From the NCBI GenBank assembly GCA_963771275.1, contig CAVYSW010000010.1, positions 672,001 to 736,000 of the forward strand: a stretch of 64,000 nt of DNA, in the 5' to 3' direction. Shown here piece after piece: positions 9,941 through 20,396 of this stretch. The notes under the pieces are model-generated. The model did no database searches. It saw only the letters and a program-made list of their open reading frames with translations, and was not told where the DNA came from. How positions within the stretch are numbered: position 1 is the first letter of the stretch; the number at the start of each line of letters is the position of its first letter. The DNA comes from an uncultured Gemmatimonadales bacterium (GTDB lineage Bacteria; Gemmatimonadota; Gemmatimonadetes; Gemmatimonadales; GWC2-71-9). The position numbers were made by a program, and so were the translations under genes.

Positions 9941-10296
9941 TGGAGGCGCGGGGATTCGAACCCCGGTCCGAGCTTCAATCCAACCCTGTCTCTACGTGCG
10001 TAGGCCGCGCTTGATGTCTTCGCCGCCAGGGGCGCAGCCGCCCAAGCGACAAACGAGCCTCCTTGCAGTCTCGCGTGCCGTGAAGAAGCGCCACGTCACG
10101 CCAGCTTGATTTTTCGATACCCACGCGCCGCCTCAAGCGCGGCTGCCACGTGGGCAGGTGCGGTAAGCCGAAGCTTACGCAGCCAGGGCCAAGTCAGTAT
10201 TGGCAGTTGTGAGTTTCTCAGCGGGTTTTACCAGGACGCCGAGCACCTGGGCACGCAACTGAGCCTTCACGAAACCCGTCGAAACCAGTCGCCCCC
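9941..10296 (-). ncRNA. ssrA: tmRNA; tag (A)ANTDLALAA encoded at 10204-10175
   Basis: 5' GGGGGCGACTGGTTTCGAC; 3' GGGGTTCGAATCCCCGCGCCTCCA with a G3:U acceptor pair; tag ORF GCC AAT ACT GAC TTG GCC CTG GCT GCG TAA; CCA not encoded. Confidence 0.97.
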
Positions 10297-10318
10297 GAGT
10301 TGTCAAATAGCTCCAGGT

Positions 10319-10324
10319 AATATA
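10319..10324 (-). promoter_or_regulatory. -10 box (TATATT) for ssrA
   Basis: TAnnnT hexamer about 22 nt upstream of the tmRNA 5' end. Confidence 0.55.
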
Positions 10325-10381
10325 GCCAGGAACGGGCGGGCCGAGGCATGGCGGCCGGGGCTGGACGACACAACGGACCGG

Positions 10382-11833
10382 TCAGCCGCCGTGCCGGTCC
10401 GGCGACTGCCCGGCAGGAGCGGCCACCTCGACCCGGTTGCGGCCCCTCTGCTTGGCGCGGTACAGCGCGGCGTCGGCGGCGGCGTACAGGTTGTCGCGGA
10501 CCGTCGTGGTTCCCGGCACAGCCGCGACGCCGATCGAGCACGTGAGGGGGATCGCCCTGCCCGACCAGTGGGCCGGGGTTGCCTCAACGGCGGCCCGCAC
10601 GCGTTCTGCAACGTCGACCGCCGGTCCGAGGAAGGTGTCCGGCAACCACAGGGCGAACTCCTCGCCCCCGATCCGCGCGGCCACGTCGCGTTCCCGCAGC
10701 GCTGACCGCAGCACCCGGGCGAGATGCCGCAGGGCCGCGTCCCCCGCCACGTGGCCCAGCGAGTCGTTCACCCGCTTGAAGTGATCGAGGTCCACGACCA
10801 GCAGTGCCGCAGCCTCCCCCACCCACAGGGCCATCGCGCCGTCGAGGCCGCGGCGGTTCACGAGCCCGGTGAGCTCGTCGGTCCGTGCGCGGGCCTCGCG
10901 GACGTGGATCGCCTGGAGATGGCCGAGGCGCGGCGTGGCGGCCAGCACCATGTGCAGCACCTCCTCGCGGAGCTCCGGGGAAAGGCCGGAAGGCGGGCCG
11001 AACACCACGAGTGCGCCGACCGGCGCGCGACCGTCCACCATGGGGAACGCCAGCCCCTGCACGTCAGCGCGACGCCGGTCGGGGCGCGGGTGACCGAGCA
11101 GCTCTTCCACCGACATCCCGGCCACCGGCGTGTCGCCTTCCACCGCACGGGCCACCGCCGATTCCGGGAGGACCGATGTGCCCTGCAGGCGCTGGTCGCC
11201 GCCAGTCGACACGCGCGTGACGTGCAGGGCGCCCGTGCTCTCGTTGCGTAGCACCAGGCCGGTGGGGCGTCCGGTGAGCCCGCGGACCTGATCACAGAGC
11301 GCGATGGACGCGGCCTCGATGGTCTCGGGAACCACGAGCCACGACTCCTCGCTCCAGCGCGACGCCCGGCTCGCGCGCTCACTCAGCTGGCTCGCCCCTG
11401 CCAGCCCGGCGGCCAGGCGCCACGCGTCTGCCAGCGCGCGTTCCGCCGTGTCTTCGCCGATCTCGCCGTCGAACACGAGCGCGACGGCGATCCCCTCGTG
11501 CGTCGCCACCACGGTCGCCGGGGCTTCGGTGAGCTGCTGCGGGTACCGGTTGGCGAGGGCGAGACGTGCCGCCGCCACACCGCGATCGCTGACGGCCGTC
11601 GCCACGCCCCGGGGATGCTTGCTGGTGATACTCGTGCCGTCCGCGTGCAGCTGGATCGCGACGATGGCGCGATGTGCCCGGCGCAGCAGGTCGAGCAGGT
11701 GCTCGTGGTCGGTGGGAAGCGGTGCCCCAGGGCCCCGCTCGGGCCGTGACGTGCGGCGACCGATCAGCCAGCCGGCCATGCCGGCCAGCGCCGTCACCAG
11801 CCCCAGGAGCCCGACGGCCGACGAGGTGTTCAC
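10382..11833 (-). CDS. Membrane-anchored diguanylate cyclase (TM - GAF-like - GGDEF)
   Basis: TDELTGLVNRR, DLDHFKRVNDSLGH, RxxD I-site (RERD), GGEEF, ADAALYRAK. Confidence 0.92.
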   Translation of the reverse strand: MNTSSAVGLLGLVTALAGMAGWLIGRRTSRPERGPGAPLPTDHEHLLDLLRRAHRAIVAIQLHADGTSITSKHPRGVATAVSDRGVAAARLALANRYPQQLTEAPATVVATHEGIAVALVFDGEIGEDTAERALADAWRLAAGLAGASQLSERASRASRWSEESWLVVPETIEAASIALCDQVRGLTGRPTGLVLRNESTGALHVTRVSTGGDQRLQGTSVLPESAVARAVEGDTPVAGMSVEELLGHPRPDRRRADVQGLAFPMVDGRAPVGALVVFGPPSGLSPELREEVLHMVLAATPRLGHLQAIHVREARARTDELTGLVNRRGLDGAMALWVGEAAALLVVDLDHFKRVNDSLGHVAGDAALRHLARVLRSALRERDVAARIGGEEFALWLPDTFLGPAVDVAERVRAAVEATPAHWSGRAIPLTCSIGVAAVPGTTTVRDNLYAAADAALYRAKQRGRNRVEVAAPAGQSPDRHGG

Positions 11834-11930
11834 GCGCCCGACGGGACGGACATGCGGGACTGCCGACCTCTCAGCACCGAAAGGACCCGGTCAACGCGGT
11901 GGCCGGGATGGACGCCGGGGCAAGCGGGAA

Positions 11931-12004
11931 TGCGCCCTGCAGGACTCGAACCTGCAACCCCGAGATCCGAAGTCTCGTACTCTGTCCAGTTGAGCTAAGG
12001 GCGC
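11931..12004 (-). tRNA. tRNA-Arg, anticodon UCG
   Basis: Cloverleaf GCGCCCTTAGCTCAACTGGACAGAGTA-CGAGA-CT-TCG-GA-TCTCG-GGGTTGCAGGTTCGAGTCCTGCAGGGCGCA; CCA not encoded; TATACT -10 at 12021-12016. Confidence 0.96.
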
Positions 12005-12050
12005 GCTCGCGGAGAAGTATAGACACGCCGGCGGAGAGGTTCCAGCGCTG

Positions 12051-12806
12051 TCAGGACAGGTGGTTGATGCGCGACGCGGCGACCGCCGCGCCGAACCCGT
12101 TGTCGATGTTGACGACCGCGATCCCCGAGGCGCAGGAATTGAGCATGGCGAGCAGCGCCGAGATGCCGCCAAACGACGCGCCGTACCCGACGCTGGTCGG
12201 GACGGCGATCACCGGCGAACGGACCATGCCGCCGACCACGCTCGCCAGCGCGCCGTCCATCCCGGCCACGACGATCACGACGCTCGCCTCCCGCAGGGCA
12301 TCGCTGCGGCGGAGCAGACGGTGAATGCCCGCCACGCCGACGTCCGTGAGCCGCGAGACGCGGTTGCCCAGGGCACGGGCCACGACCGCCGCCTCCTCCG
12401 CCACGGCGAGATCGCTGGTGCCGGCGGTGACGACGAGCACCGTCCCCCGGCCGGTCGGGGCCGGCTGCGGCTCCGGCGCGAGATAGACGGTGCGCCCGAG
12501 GGCGTTTCGCTCGGCCCGGGGGAAGCGGCGCGCCAGCTGCTCCTGCACAGCTTCTGACGCCCGCGTGGCGAGGAAGCTCCCGCTTGAGTCAGCCAGGGCG
12601 GCACAGATGCCCTCAACCTGCTCGGGCGTCTTGCCGTCGCACAGCACGACTTCCTGATGGCCCTGCACCAGTGTGCGGGCGTGATCGACGGAGGCGTAGT
12701 CGAGCTCTTCCACCGGGAACCGGGCCAGCTCTGTTAGCGCGGCCTCGGTCGTCATGCGGTTCGCGGCCACCGCCTCGAGCAGCCGGCGGAGACGCTCCGG
12801 GGTCAA
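12051..12806 (-). CDS. larB: Nickel-pincer cofactor biosynthesis protein LarB (PurE-like)
   Basis: AGTSDLAVAEEA, DVGVAGIHRL, AGMDGAL, AVPTSVGYG, MLNSCASG..VVNIDNGFGAA; TTGA overlap with dusB. Confidence 0.93.
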   Translation of the reverse strand: MTPERLRRLLEAVAANRMTTEAALTELARFPVEELDYASVDHARTLVQGHQEVVLCDGKTPEQVEGICAALADSSGSFLATRASEAVQEQLARRFPRAERNALGRTVYLAPEPQPAPTGRGTVLVVTAGTSDLAVAEEAAVVARALGNRVSRLTDVGVAGIHRLLRRSDALREASVVIVVAGMDGALASVVGGMVRSPVIAVPTSVGYGASFGGISALLAMLNSCASGIAVVNIDNGFGAAVAASRINHLS

Positions 12807-13789
12807 ACGGCGACCGCGCTGCGATCGAGATACGCCTGGAAGACGCGCTCGATCTCGGCCATGGACTCGATCTGCTGGAGCCGGCGACGCAGCTCCGCCG
12901 CGCCGTGGAGGCCCCGCACGTACCAGCCAAGGTGCTTGCGGAACTCCAGGGCCGTCTGACGGTCGTCCCCCTGCAGCTCGAGCTGAAGCCGGGCGTGCCG
13001 CAGCGCAACCGCGAACCGCTCACCGGGGGTGGGGGCGGGCTGCGGGGCGTCACCATCCAGCAGCGCCCGCGCCTGGGTGAAGATCCAGGGATTGCCGAAC
13101 GAGCCCCGCGCGATCATCAGGCCTGCACAGCCCGTTGCGCGCTGCATGCGCAGGGCGTCCTCCGCCGTTCGGATATCCCCGTTCCCGATCACGGGAATGT
13201 CGAGCGCCCCCACCACGGCGGCGATCTCGGGCCAGCTCGCGGTGCCGGCGTACATCTGGGTCCGCGTGCGGGGATGAAGTGTGAGCGCCTGGGCGCCGGC
13301 CTCCTGGCAGCGCAGCGCGATCGCCACCGGGTCGCGCGTCGCCTCGTCCCACCCGCTGCGCACCTTCACCGTGACCGGCAGGTGGGTGGCCGCGCGCACG
13401 GCGCGAATGATGTCCTCCACGAGGTCGAGGTCCTTGAGGCACCCCGATCCCCCGTTCCGGCGCACGACCTTCTTCACCGGGCAGCCGAAGTTGATGTCCA
13501 GGAAGTCGGGCCGGTAATGCGCGGTGACGAGGGCGGCTGCCTCGGCCATGGCAACCGGCCCCGCACCGTAGAGCTGGATGCCGATCGGACGCTCGGGCTC
13601 GGTGAAGAATGCGCCATCGTGTACGGAGCGTCGGCCCCGACGCAGCCCCTCCGAGGAGAGGAATTCCGACACCACGACGTCCGCGCCGAACCCGCGGCAG
13701 AGCAACCGGAACGGTGGCTCCGACACGCCGGCCATGGGGGCCAGGAACAACGGCACCTGTTGGCCGACGGGGAACGGGAACGTCGTCAT
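12803..13789 (-). CDS. dusB: tRNA dihydrouridine synthase
   Basis: LAPMAG, DINFGCPVKKV, PVTVK, LHPRT, GNGDI, ARGSFGNPW. Confidence 0.94.
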   Translation of the reverse strand: MTTFPFPVGQQVPLFLAPMAGVSEPPFRLLCRGFGADVVVSEFLSSEGLRRGRRSVHDGAFFTEPERPIGIQLYGAGPVAMAEAAALVTAHYRPDFLDINFGCPVKKVVRRNGGSGCLKDLDLVEDIIRAVRAATHLPVTVKVRSGWDEATRDPVAIALRCQEAGAQALTLHPRTRTQMYAGTASWPEIAAVVGALDIPVIGNGDIRTAEDALRMQRATGCAGLMIARGSFGNPWIFTQARALLDGDAPQPAPTPGERFAVALRHARLQLELQGDDRQTALEFRKHLGWYVRGLHGAAELRRRLQQIESMAEIERVFQAYLDRSAVAV

Positions 13790-13795
13790 GGTGCC

Positions 13796-13825
13796 AATCT
13801 ACGCACCGCCCGCGAGCACCGGCAA
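13796..13825 (-). promoter_or_regulatory. sigma70-type promoter for dusB (leaderless candidate)
   Basis: TTGCCG-18-TAGATT, then 6 nt, then ATG. Confidence 0.6.
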
Positions 13826-13833
13826 CCGAGTGT

Positions 13834-13863
13834 TTGACAGTGCGCGCGCTGGGCCGTTACAAT
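13834..13863 (+). promoter_or_regulatory. sigma70-type promoter for the PTS IIA gene
   Basis: TTGACA-18-TACAAT, divergent from the dusB promoter. Confidence 0.7.
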
Positions 13864-13889
13864 TCGCGGCTGAAAGGACCACTATCTCC

Positions 13890-14342
13890 ATGCGCCTGAA
13901 AGAGTTCATCTCCCCCGACGCGGTTTCCCTGCAGCTCCAGGGCACTGCCAAGGACGACATCCTCCGAGAGCTGATCGGCTTGCTGCACCTCGACGAGAAG
14001 TCCGAGGGCATGCTCTTCAAGATGCTCAAGCGCCGAGAGAACCTGGGGTCCACCGGGATCGGTCGGGGCATCGCGATTCCGCATTGCCGCTCCCTCGTGG
14101 TGAACCGGCTGCGGGTCGCGTTCGGCCGCAAGCCGGAAGGGATCGACTTCCGGGCGATCGACGAGAAGCCGGTCTACAACTTCTTCCTGATCGTCGCGCC
14201 GCCGCTCGAGGTCTCCAACCAGTACCTGCCCGTCCTCGGCAAGATCGCCCAGTTCGCCAAGGAGTCCGACATCCCGGACCGCCTGGCCCAGCTGCAGACT
14301 CCGTCCGAGTTCATGGAACTGCTGGAATCGCGGAGTTTTTGA
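13890..14342 (+). CDS. PTS EIIA-2 domain protein (PtsN/Fru-like)
   Basis: RENLGSTGIGRGIAIPH motif with phospho-His. Confidence 0.92.
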   Translation: MRLKEFISPDAVSLQLQGTAKDDILRELIGLLHLDEKSEGMLFKMLKRRENLGSTGIGRGIAIPHCRSLVVNRLRVAFGRKPEGIDFRAIDEKPVYNFFLIVAPPLEVSNQYLPVLGKIAQFAKESDIPDRLAQLQTPSEFMELLESRSF

Positions 14343-14366
14343 CCGCCTGCGGGCGCGTGCGCGCCG

Positions 14367-15926
14367 CTACTCCCACTCGATCGTGGCCGGCGGCTTCGAG
14401 CTCACGTCGTACACCACGCGATTCACCCCGCGGACCTCGTTGATGATCCGGCTGGAGATGCGCCCGAGCACATCCGGCGGGAAGCTGAACCAGTCGGCGG
14501 TCATGCCGTCGCTGCTGGTGACCGCGCGCAGCGCCACGACGTTCTCGTAGGTGCGTGCGTCGCCCATCACGCCCACCGCGCGCACCGGCAGGAGGACCGC
14601 GAACGCCTGCCAGATGCGGTCGTACAGCCCGGCCTCCCGGATCTCCTCGAGGTAGATCGCGTCCGCGTGCCGCAGGACCGCGAGCGCGTCCGGCGTGACT
14701 GCGCCGAGGATCCGGATGCCCAACCCCGGTCCGGGGAACGGGTGGCGACCGACCATCTCCTCGGGCAGTCCGAGCTCGCGCCCGACCTGCCGCACCTCGT
14801 CCTTGAACAGTTCCCGGAGCGGCTCGATCAGGCCGAACGGCAGGTCGGGGCGCAGCCCGCCGACATTGTGGTGGGTCTTGATCGTGACCGATGGGCCGCC
14901 GCGGGGAGAGAACGACTCGATCACGTCGGGGTAGAGCGTTCCCTGGACGAGATAGTCCACGCCGGCGCCGACCTGCCGGGCCGTGTCCTCGAAGACGTCG
15001 ATGAACGTGTGTCCGATGATGCGGCGCTTCTCCTCGGGATCCGCGATGCCCTGTAGCCGTCCGAGGAATCGCTCCCCCGCGTCCACCACGCGCAGGTCCA
15101 TCCCCAGGTGCTTGCGGAACAGACGCTCCACCTGCTCGCGCTCGTGCAGGCGGAGCAGGCCGTGGTCCACGAAGATGCACGTGAGGCGGTCGCCGAGCGC
15201 GCGGTGCACCAGGACGGCCGCCACTACAGAGTCCACGCCGCCGGACAGCCCGCAGATCGCGCGGGCGGTGGGGCCCACGCGCTCCCCGACCGCCGCGACC
15301 TGGTCGGCGATGAAATGGCCTGCGGTCCAGTCCGGCTGGCAGCCGCACACGTCGAACAGGTAGTTGCGGAGGATCTCACCGCCGCGCGGCGTGTGGGCGA
15401 CTTCGGGATGGAACTGCACGCCGTACAGCCCGCGGGCGCGATTCTCGAAGGCCGCAATCGGGCTGTTGGCGCTCACTGCCGAGAGCACGAAGCCCTCGGG
15501 CAGGCGAGACACGTGGTCGCCGTGGCTCATCCACACGGGGGAGAGCGAGCCGGCGTCGAAGCCCCGGAACAGACCGCCCGTGTCCCGCACCTCCACCATC
15601 GCCCGACCGTACTCCCGGCGCCCAGCGCGCTCCACGGTGCCGCCACCGGCCAACGCCACCAGGTACATCCCGTAGCACACGCCGAGGACCGGCGCCCCGA
15701 GCCCCACGACGGCGCCGTCGAGCAGGGGCGCCCCCTCGTCGTACACGGAGTTGGGACCGCCGGAGAGGATGATGCCCCGCGGGCGCTGCTCGCGGATCCA
15801 GGCCGCCGAGACGGTCGACGGGTGAATCTCGCAGTAGACGCGCGCCTCGCGCACGCGCCGGGCAATGAGCTGCGTGAATTGGGATCCGAAGTCCAGGATC
15901 AGGATGCCATGGGAGAGATCGATCAT
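14367..15926 (-). CDS. guaA: GMP synthase (glutamine-hydrolysing)
   Basis: [42 protein letters not shown]. Confidence 0.98.
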   Translation of the reverse strand: MIDLSHGILILDFGSQFTQLIARRVREARVYCEIHPSTVSAAWIREQRPRGIILSGGPNSVYDEGAPLLDGAVVGLGAPVLGVCYGMYLVALAGGGTVERAGRREYGRAMVEVRDTGGLFRGFDAGSLSPVWMSHGDHVSRLPEGFVLSAVSANSPIAAFENRARGLYGVQFHPEVAHTPRGGEILRNYLFDVCGCQPDWTAGHFIADQVAAVGERVGPTARAICGLSGGVDSVVAAVLVHRALGDRLTCIFVDHGLLRLHEREQVERLFRKHLGMDLRVVDAGERFLGRLQGIADPEEKRRIIGHTFIDVFEDTARQVGAGVDYLVQGTLYPDVIESFSPRGGPSVTIKTHHNVGGLRPDLPFGLIEPLRELFKDEVRQVGRELGLPEEMVGRHPFPGPGLGIRILGAVTPDALAVLRHADAIYLEEIREAGLYDRIWQAFAVLLPVRAVGVMGDARTYENVVALRAVTSSDGMTADWFSFPPDVLGRISSRIINEVRGVNRVVYDVSSKPPATIEWE

Positions 15927-15939
15927 CGTCCCACCTGCA

Positions 15940-17178
15940 TCACGTGAGCCAGCGCGGGGTCCCGTGCTCGCCGCGCACCAGGTCTTCGATCGACTCGCGC
16001 TCGCGGATCACTCCCCATCGGTCCCCGTCCACCAGCACTTCGGCCGGGCGCGGACGGGAGTTGTACTGCGAGCTCATGGTGAAGCCGTACGCCCCCGCTC
16101 CTCCCACTGCGAGGAGCGCTCCGGTCTCCGCCGGCGGGAGTGGACGGGCGAGACCGAGGAAGTCCCCCGTCTCGCAGATCGGGCCCACCACGTCCACGCG
16201 TTCGGTCGCCATACCGTCGGCGCCGCCCACCAGGTGAATCGGGTGCACCGCCTGGTACAGGCTCGGGCGCAGCAGATCGTTCATGCCCGCGTCGACGATC
16301 AGCATGCGGCGTCCCCCGGAGTGCTTGGTGTACAGCACGCGTGTGAGCAGGACCCCCGCGTTCCCCACGAGGTAGCGGCCCGGCTCCACCATGATCTCGA
16401 GACCGGTCGCCGGATGGAGTGGCGCCACCGCATCCGCGAACGCGGCGGGGTCGAGGGCCGGGTCGCCGGCCGTGTACGCGATCCCCAGCCCTCCGCCCAC
16501 ATCCACGCTCGTCAGGGTCGTGACCCCGGCGGCACGCAACGCCGCAACCAGCGCCGCGAGCTTGGCCGCGCCGGCCCGGTAGGGAGCGTCGGACGTGATC
16601 TGGGAGCCGATGTGCATGGCCACACTCACCAGTTCGACGTGCCGCAGGTCCAGGGCCCGCCGCGCGACCGCCAGAACCTCGTCGAGCGGCACCCCGAACT
16701 TCACGCCGCGTTCGCCGGTCTGCGTGTACGGGTGCGTCTCGGTGATCACGTCGGGATTCACCCTGATCCCGATACGCGCGCGCGCCTGCAGCCGCGCCGC
16801 GATACAGGCGACGGTCTCGAGCTCCCCTCCCGACTCGACGTTGATCAGGCCGATTCGGGCGCGCAGGGCGGCCTCGATCTCGACAGGAGTCTTCCCCACT
16901 CCGCTGAATACGACCTGCCCCGGCCCGAAGCCGGCGGCCAGAGCGCGCCGCAGCTCACCGCCGGATACCACGTCGACGCCGGCGCCGAGCCCATGCAGCA
17001 GGCGCAGGATCGCGGCGTTGCTGTTGGCCTTGACGGAATAGTGGATGCGATAGCGGTCCGTCCGCGCCTGCAGGGCCGCGTCGAGCTCCGCATAGCGTGC
17101 CCGCACGGCCCCGGCGTCGTAGACGTACAGCGGCGTGCCTGCCGTGGCCGCGATGGCCGCGAGCAGACGATCGTCCAT
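15940..17178 (-). CDS. lysA: Diaminopimelate decarboxylase
   Basis: [40 protein letters not shown]. Confidence 0.96.
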   Translation of the reverse strand: MDDRLLAAIAATAGTPLYVYDAGAVRARYAELDAALQARTDRYRIHYSVKANSNAAILRLLHGLGAGVDVVSGGELRRALAAGFGPGQVVFSGVGKTPVEIEAALRARIGLINVESGGELETVACIAARLQARARIGIRVNPDVITETHPYTQTGERGVKFGVPLDEVLAVARRALDLRHVELVSVAMHIGSQITSDAPYRAGAAKLAALVAALRAAGVTTLTSVDVGGGLGIAYTAGDPALDPAAFADAVAPLHPATGLEIMVEPGRYLVGNAGVLLTRVLYTKHSGGRRMLIVDAGMNDLLRPSLYQAVHPIHLVGGADGMATERVDVVGPICETGDFLGLARPLPPAETGALLAVGGAGAYGFTMSSQYNSRPRPAEVLVDGDRWGVIRERESIEDLVRGEHGTPRWLT

Positions 17179-18623
17179 CAGTAGGCCTTCGCCCAAACGG
17201 CCTCGGTCTCCGCCGGGCGGCCGCACCATACGCACGTCGCCGGAGGCTCGGCCGAGCGGAATTCCGGATCCGGCAGGACCCGAATGGTGGCCTTCGTGCG
17301 GTCCTTGATCGCCTGCTCGCAGGCCTCATCGCCGCAGTACCCGCCGTACGCGAACCCGCCGGGACCGTCCATGCGCTCGATCAGCTGTGCCTTCGTTACG
17401 CCACGCACCGACTCGGCTTCCCGGCGGTCCCGTGCGGTGGCCAGCAGCCCCTGCTGCATGGCATCGAGTTCCCGGGTGACCTGGTCGACAAGCCCGTCCA
17501 TGCTCAGCGGCGTCTTGCCGCCCGTCCGGCGGGCCGCCATGACCTGGCGCTTCGCGAGATCCCGGGGGCCAAGCTCGAGACGGAGCGGGACCCCGCGCCC
17601 CTCCCACTCGTAGTACTTGGCGCCTGGCTTCATGCCCTCCCGCGCGTCCACCTCCACCCGCACGCCGGCCCGCCGCAGATCGTCGCGCGCCCGGCCCGCG
17701 ACTTCCAGCAGCGTTTCCCGTTCACCCTCCCCCTTCCAGATGGGGACGATCACGACCTGGAGCGGCGCGAGGCGCGGCGGGCACACGACCCCCCGATCGT
17801 CGCCGTGCGCCATGACCAGGCCACCGACCAGTCGGGTGGACGCTCCCCACGACGTGCTCCAGACGTATTCCATCGTGCCCGTGGCCGTCTGATACTGCAC
17901 GCCGAACGCCTTCGCGAAGTTCTGGCCGAGAAAGTGGGAGGTACCGGCCTGGAGCGCCTTGTTGTCCTGCATCAGCCCTTCGCAGGCGTAGGTCCGCACG
18001 GCACCGGCGAACTTCTCGGAGTCCGTCTTCATCCCCGTGAGGACCGGGAGCGCCATCCACTGCTCCATGAACTCGCGGTAGATCTCGAGCATCTGGCGCG
18101 TCTCCGCTTCGGCCTCCTCGGCGGTTGCGTGCGCCGTGTGGCCTTCCTGCCAGAGAAACTCCGTCGTGCGGAGGAACAGGCGCGTGCGCATCTCCCAGCG
18201 CACCACGTTGGCCCACTGGTTCAGCAGGATCGGCAGGTCCCGGTAGCTCTGCACCCACTTCGCCAGCATCGCGTAGATGATCGTCTCGGATGTCGGCCGG
18301 ATGACCAGCGGCTCGTCGAGCTCCTTGCCCCCGCCGCGCGTCACGACGGCCGTCTCGGGCGCGAATCCCTTGACGTGCTCCGCCTCCTTGGACAGGAAGC
18401 TCTGGGGAATGAGGAGGGGGAAGTACGCGTTCTGATGACCCGTGGCCTTGAACATGCCGTCGAGGGCGCCCTGCATCAACTCCCAGATGCGGTATCCCCA
18501 CGGCCGGATGACCATGCATCCCCGCACGGGCGAATAGTCCGCCAACTCGGCCCGCATGACCACGTCGTTGTACCAGGCGCTGAAGTCCTGCGCTCGGGGG
18601 GTGATGGCTTTCTCTGCGGTCAT
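17178..18623 (-). CDS. proS: Prolyl-tRNA synthetase, archaeal/eukaryotic type
   Basis: RPTSET, QWANVVRWE, FLRTTEFLWQEGH, QAGTSHFLGQNF; C-terminal Zn cysteines and terminal Tyr (WAKAY). Confidence 0.97.
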   Translation of the reverse strand: MTAEKAITPRAQDFSAWYNDVVMRAELADYSPVRGCMVIRPWGYRIWELMQGALDGMFKATGHQNAYFPLLIPQSFLSKEAEHVKGFAPETAVVTRGGGKELDEPLVIRPTSETIIYAMLAKWVQSYRDLPILLNQWANVVRWEMRTRLFLRTTEFLWQEGHTAHATAEEAEAETRQMLEIYREFMEQWMALPVLTGMKTDSEKFAGAVRTYACEGLMQDNKALQAGTSHFLGQNFAKAFGVQYQTATGTMEYVWSTSWGASTRLVGGLVMAHGDDRGVVCPPRLAPLQVVIVPIWKGEGERETLLEVAGRARDDLRRAGVRVEVDAREGMKPGAKYYEWEGRGVPLRLELGPRDLAKRQVMAARRTGGKTPLSMDGLVDQVTRELDAMQQGLLATARDRREAESVRGVTKAQLIERMDGPGGFAYGGYCGDEACEQAIKDRTKATIRVLPDPEFRSAEPPATCVWCGRPAETEAVWAKAY

Positions 18624-19090
18624 GGCCGTGAGACGGTGTCCCCGCCCGCCGCCAGCGGACGGAGAAGGGTGAACGCGGTCCGGAACTGGACCCGGCGGCC
18701 GGCGCGCAGCGCCGCGGTGTCGTTCGGAGCCCACACCGCGGAGATCGCCGGCTGGACGTCGGCAACGCCGCTCGAGTCGGGGACCCCGATCAGAAACCCG
18801 ATTGCGCGCACCGACTTCAGACCGGTGTCGGCGGCCGTGGCGCTGTCGATGGCATGCTGCAGCGTGGCGCGCGCCGCCGCCTCCGTGGGCGTGGCGAGGA
18901 ACACGAGATGCAGCTCGGCCACGCGATAGCCCTCGGTCGTGGTGGTCACGTCGCGTTTCACGACACGGACGGGGACCGGCTCCGCCGGGGCCTCGCTGCT
19001 GAAGCTCGGAGGCGGGCGATGTCCGCGCTCGCAGCCCAGCCCGCCCGCGACACCCAGCAGCACGCTCAGCACACGAACGTCAAAACGCAT
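18620..19090 (-). CDS. Hypothetical lipoprotein
   Basis: MRFDVRVLSVLLGVAGGLG-C lipobox; overlaps the hisS stop and the proS start (ATGA). Confidence 0.7.
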   Translation of the reverse strand: MRFDVRVLSVLLGVAGGLGCERGHRPPPSFSSEAPAEPVPVRVVKRDVTTTTEGYRVAELHLVFLATPTEAAARATLQHAIDSATAADTGLKSVRAIGFLIGVPDSSGVADVQPAISAVWAPNDTAALRAGRRVQFRTAFTLLRPLAAGGDTVSRP

Positions 19091-20360
19091 TGTCCAGCTC
19101 CTCGAACGGTACCCGCCGCTCAATGCCATGCGTCAGCTCCCGCACCAGGGCAGCCCCGGCCGCCCGCTCGTCCGGCCCCACGATCACGGCATACGGCGCG
19201 CCCCGCGCCGCGGCCAGCTTCAGCTGCTTGCCCACGCCCTGCGCCTTGAGCGCGTACTCCACCGCCAGGCCCCGGTCGCGCAGGCGATGCCCGAGCGCCA
19301 GCACGTGCGCCACGTCCTCAGACGTCACCGCCACCAGGAACGCGGTGAGAATCGACGGCGGGACCGCGGGGGTCGAGCGCCCGGTCAGCAGCTCCCCCAG
19401 CACCACGTCGCCCATGCCGAACCCGACGGCCGGGAGATCCACCCCCCCGAGCGCCTGCAGCAGTCCGTCGTAGCGGCCGCCACCGCAAATCGCACGCAGG
19501 GATTTCCCGGCATCGAACAGCTCGAACACGACGCCCGTGTAGTACGCCAGCCCCCGCACGATCGAAAGGTCCAGATCCACGAACGGCCCGAGTCCCATGG
19601 CCTCCAAGGCGGTTACGCACTCCAGCAGGCCCTCGGCGACGTCGGGACCCTCGGCGAGTCCCTCCAGCGCTCGCTCCACCGCGGCGCGCCCGCGGACGTC
19701 CCCGACCTGCAGGACCCGATCGACCACGGCGGCATCCAGCCCGATGGCCTTCAGCCTCCCGACGAGGACATCGCGCGGGTCCCGTTCGATCCGGTCGATC
19801 GCCGCGTATGCCGCGGGGAGCTCCGGCTCACGGACGCCGCCCGCCATCAGGAGGGCCCGCACGACGCGCCGATCCGAGATCCGCGCTCGGATCTCTTGCG
19901 GCCCAAAGCCCAGCTTCCGGAGGATGTCGAGAGCCGCGGCGATGATCTCGGCATCGGCGAGCGGCCCGGTTTCCCCCAACAGGTCCATGTTGAGCTGGAA
20001 GTGCTCCCGTAGCCGCCCCCGCTGCTGGCGCTCATAGCGAAACAGCTGGGGGATCGAGTACCAGCGGATGGGTTTCTTGAGGGCCTGAGCCCGCGCCGCC
20101 ACCATGCGTGCGAGCGTGGGCGTCATCTCGGGCCGCAGCGCGACGCGACGCCCGCCGCGGTCCTCGAAGGCGTACAACTGGCCCGCGATCTCGTCCCCGC
20201 TCTTCTCGGTATACAACTCGAGCGCCTCGAGCGGCGGGCCGTCGTATTCCTCGAACCCATACCGCGCAGCGACGTCGTGCCACACACCGAAGATGTGACT
20301 GCGGAGCGCGGCCTCGGCAGGATAGAAATCGCGGAATCCGGGCAGCGCTTGTGCTTGCAT
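19080..20360 (-). CDS. hisS: Histidyl-tRNA synthetase
   Basis: GFRDF, LRPEMT, FRYERQQRGRLREH, VRGLAYYTG, GGGRYD. Confidence 0.98.
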   Translation of the reverse strand: MQAQALPGFRDFYPAEAALRSHIFGVWHDVAARYGFEEYDGPPLEALELYTEKSGDEIAGQLYAFEDRGGRRVALRPEMTPTLARMVAARAQALKKPIRWYSIPQLFRYERQQRGRLREHFQLNMDLLGETGPLADAEIIAAALDILRKLGFGPQEIRARISDRRVVRALLMAGGVREPELPAAYAAIDRIERDPRDVLVGRLKAIGLDAAVVDRVLQVGDVRGRAAVERALEGLAEGPDVAEGLLECVTALEAMGLGPFVDLDLSIVRGLAYYTGVVFELFDAGKSLRAICGGGRYDGLLQALGGVDLPAVGFGMGDVVLGELLTGRSTPAVPPSILTAFLVAVTSEDVAHVLALGHRLRDRGLAVEYALKAQGVGKQLKLAAARGAPYAVIVGPDERAAGAALVRELTHGIERRVPFEELDNAF

Positions 20361-20366
20361 CGCAAC

Positions 20367-20396
20367 AATTTAGCCGAACGGCTGAAACCCGGGCAA
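20367..20396 (-). promoter_or_regulatory. sigma70-type promoter for hisS (leaderless candidate)
   Basis: TTGCCC-18-TAAATT, then 6 nt, then ATG; the -10 includes the folC TAA stop. Confidence 0.6.

Noticed and set aside
9941..12004. Genomic island between tmRNA and tRNA-Arg
   Set aside because: No integrase, no duplicated att/3' fragment seen, and the GGDEF gene has host-like composition
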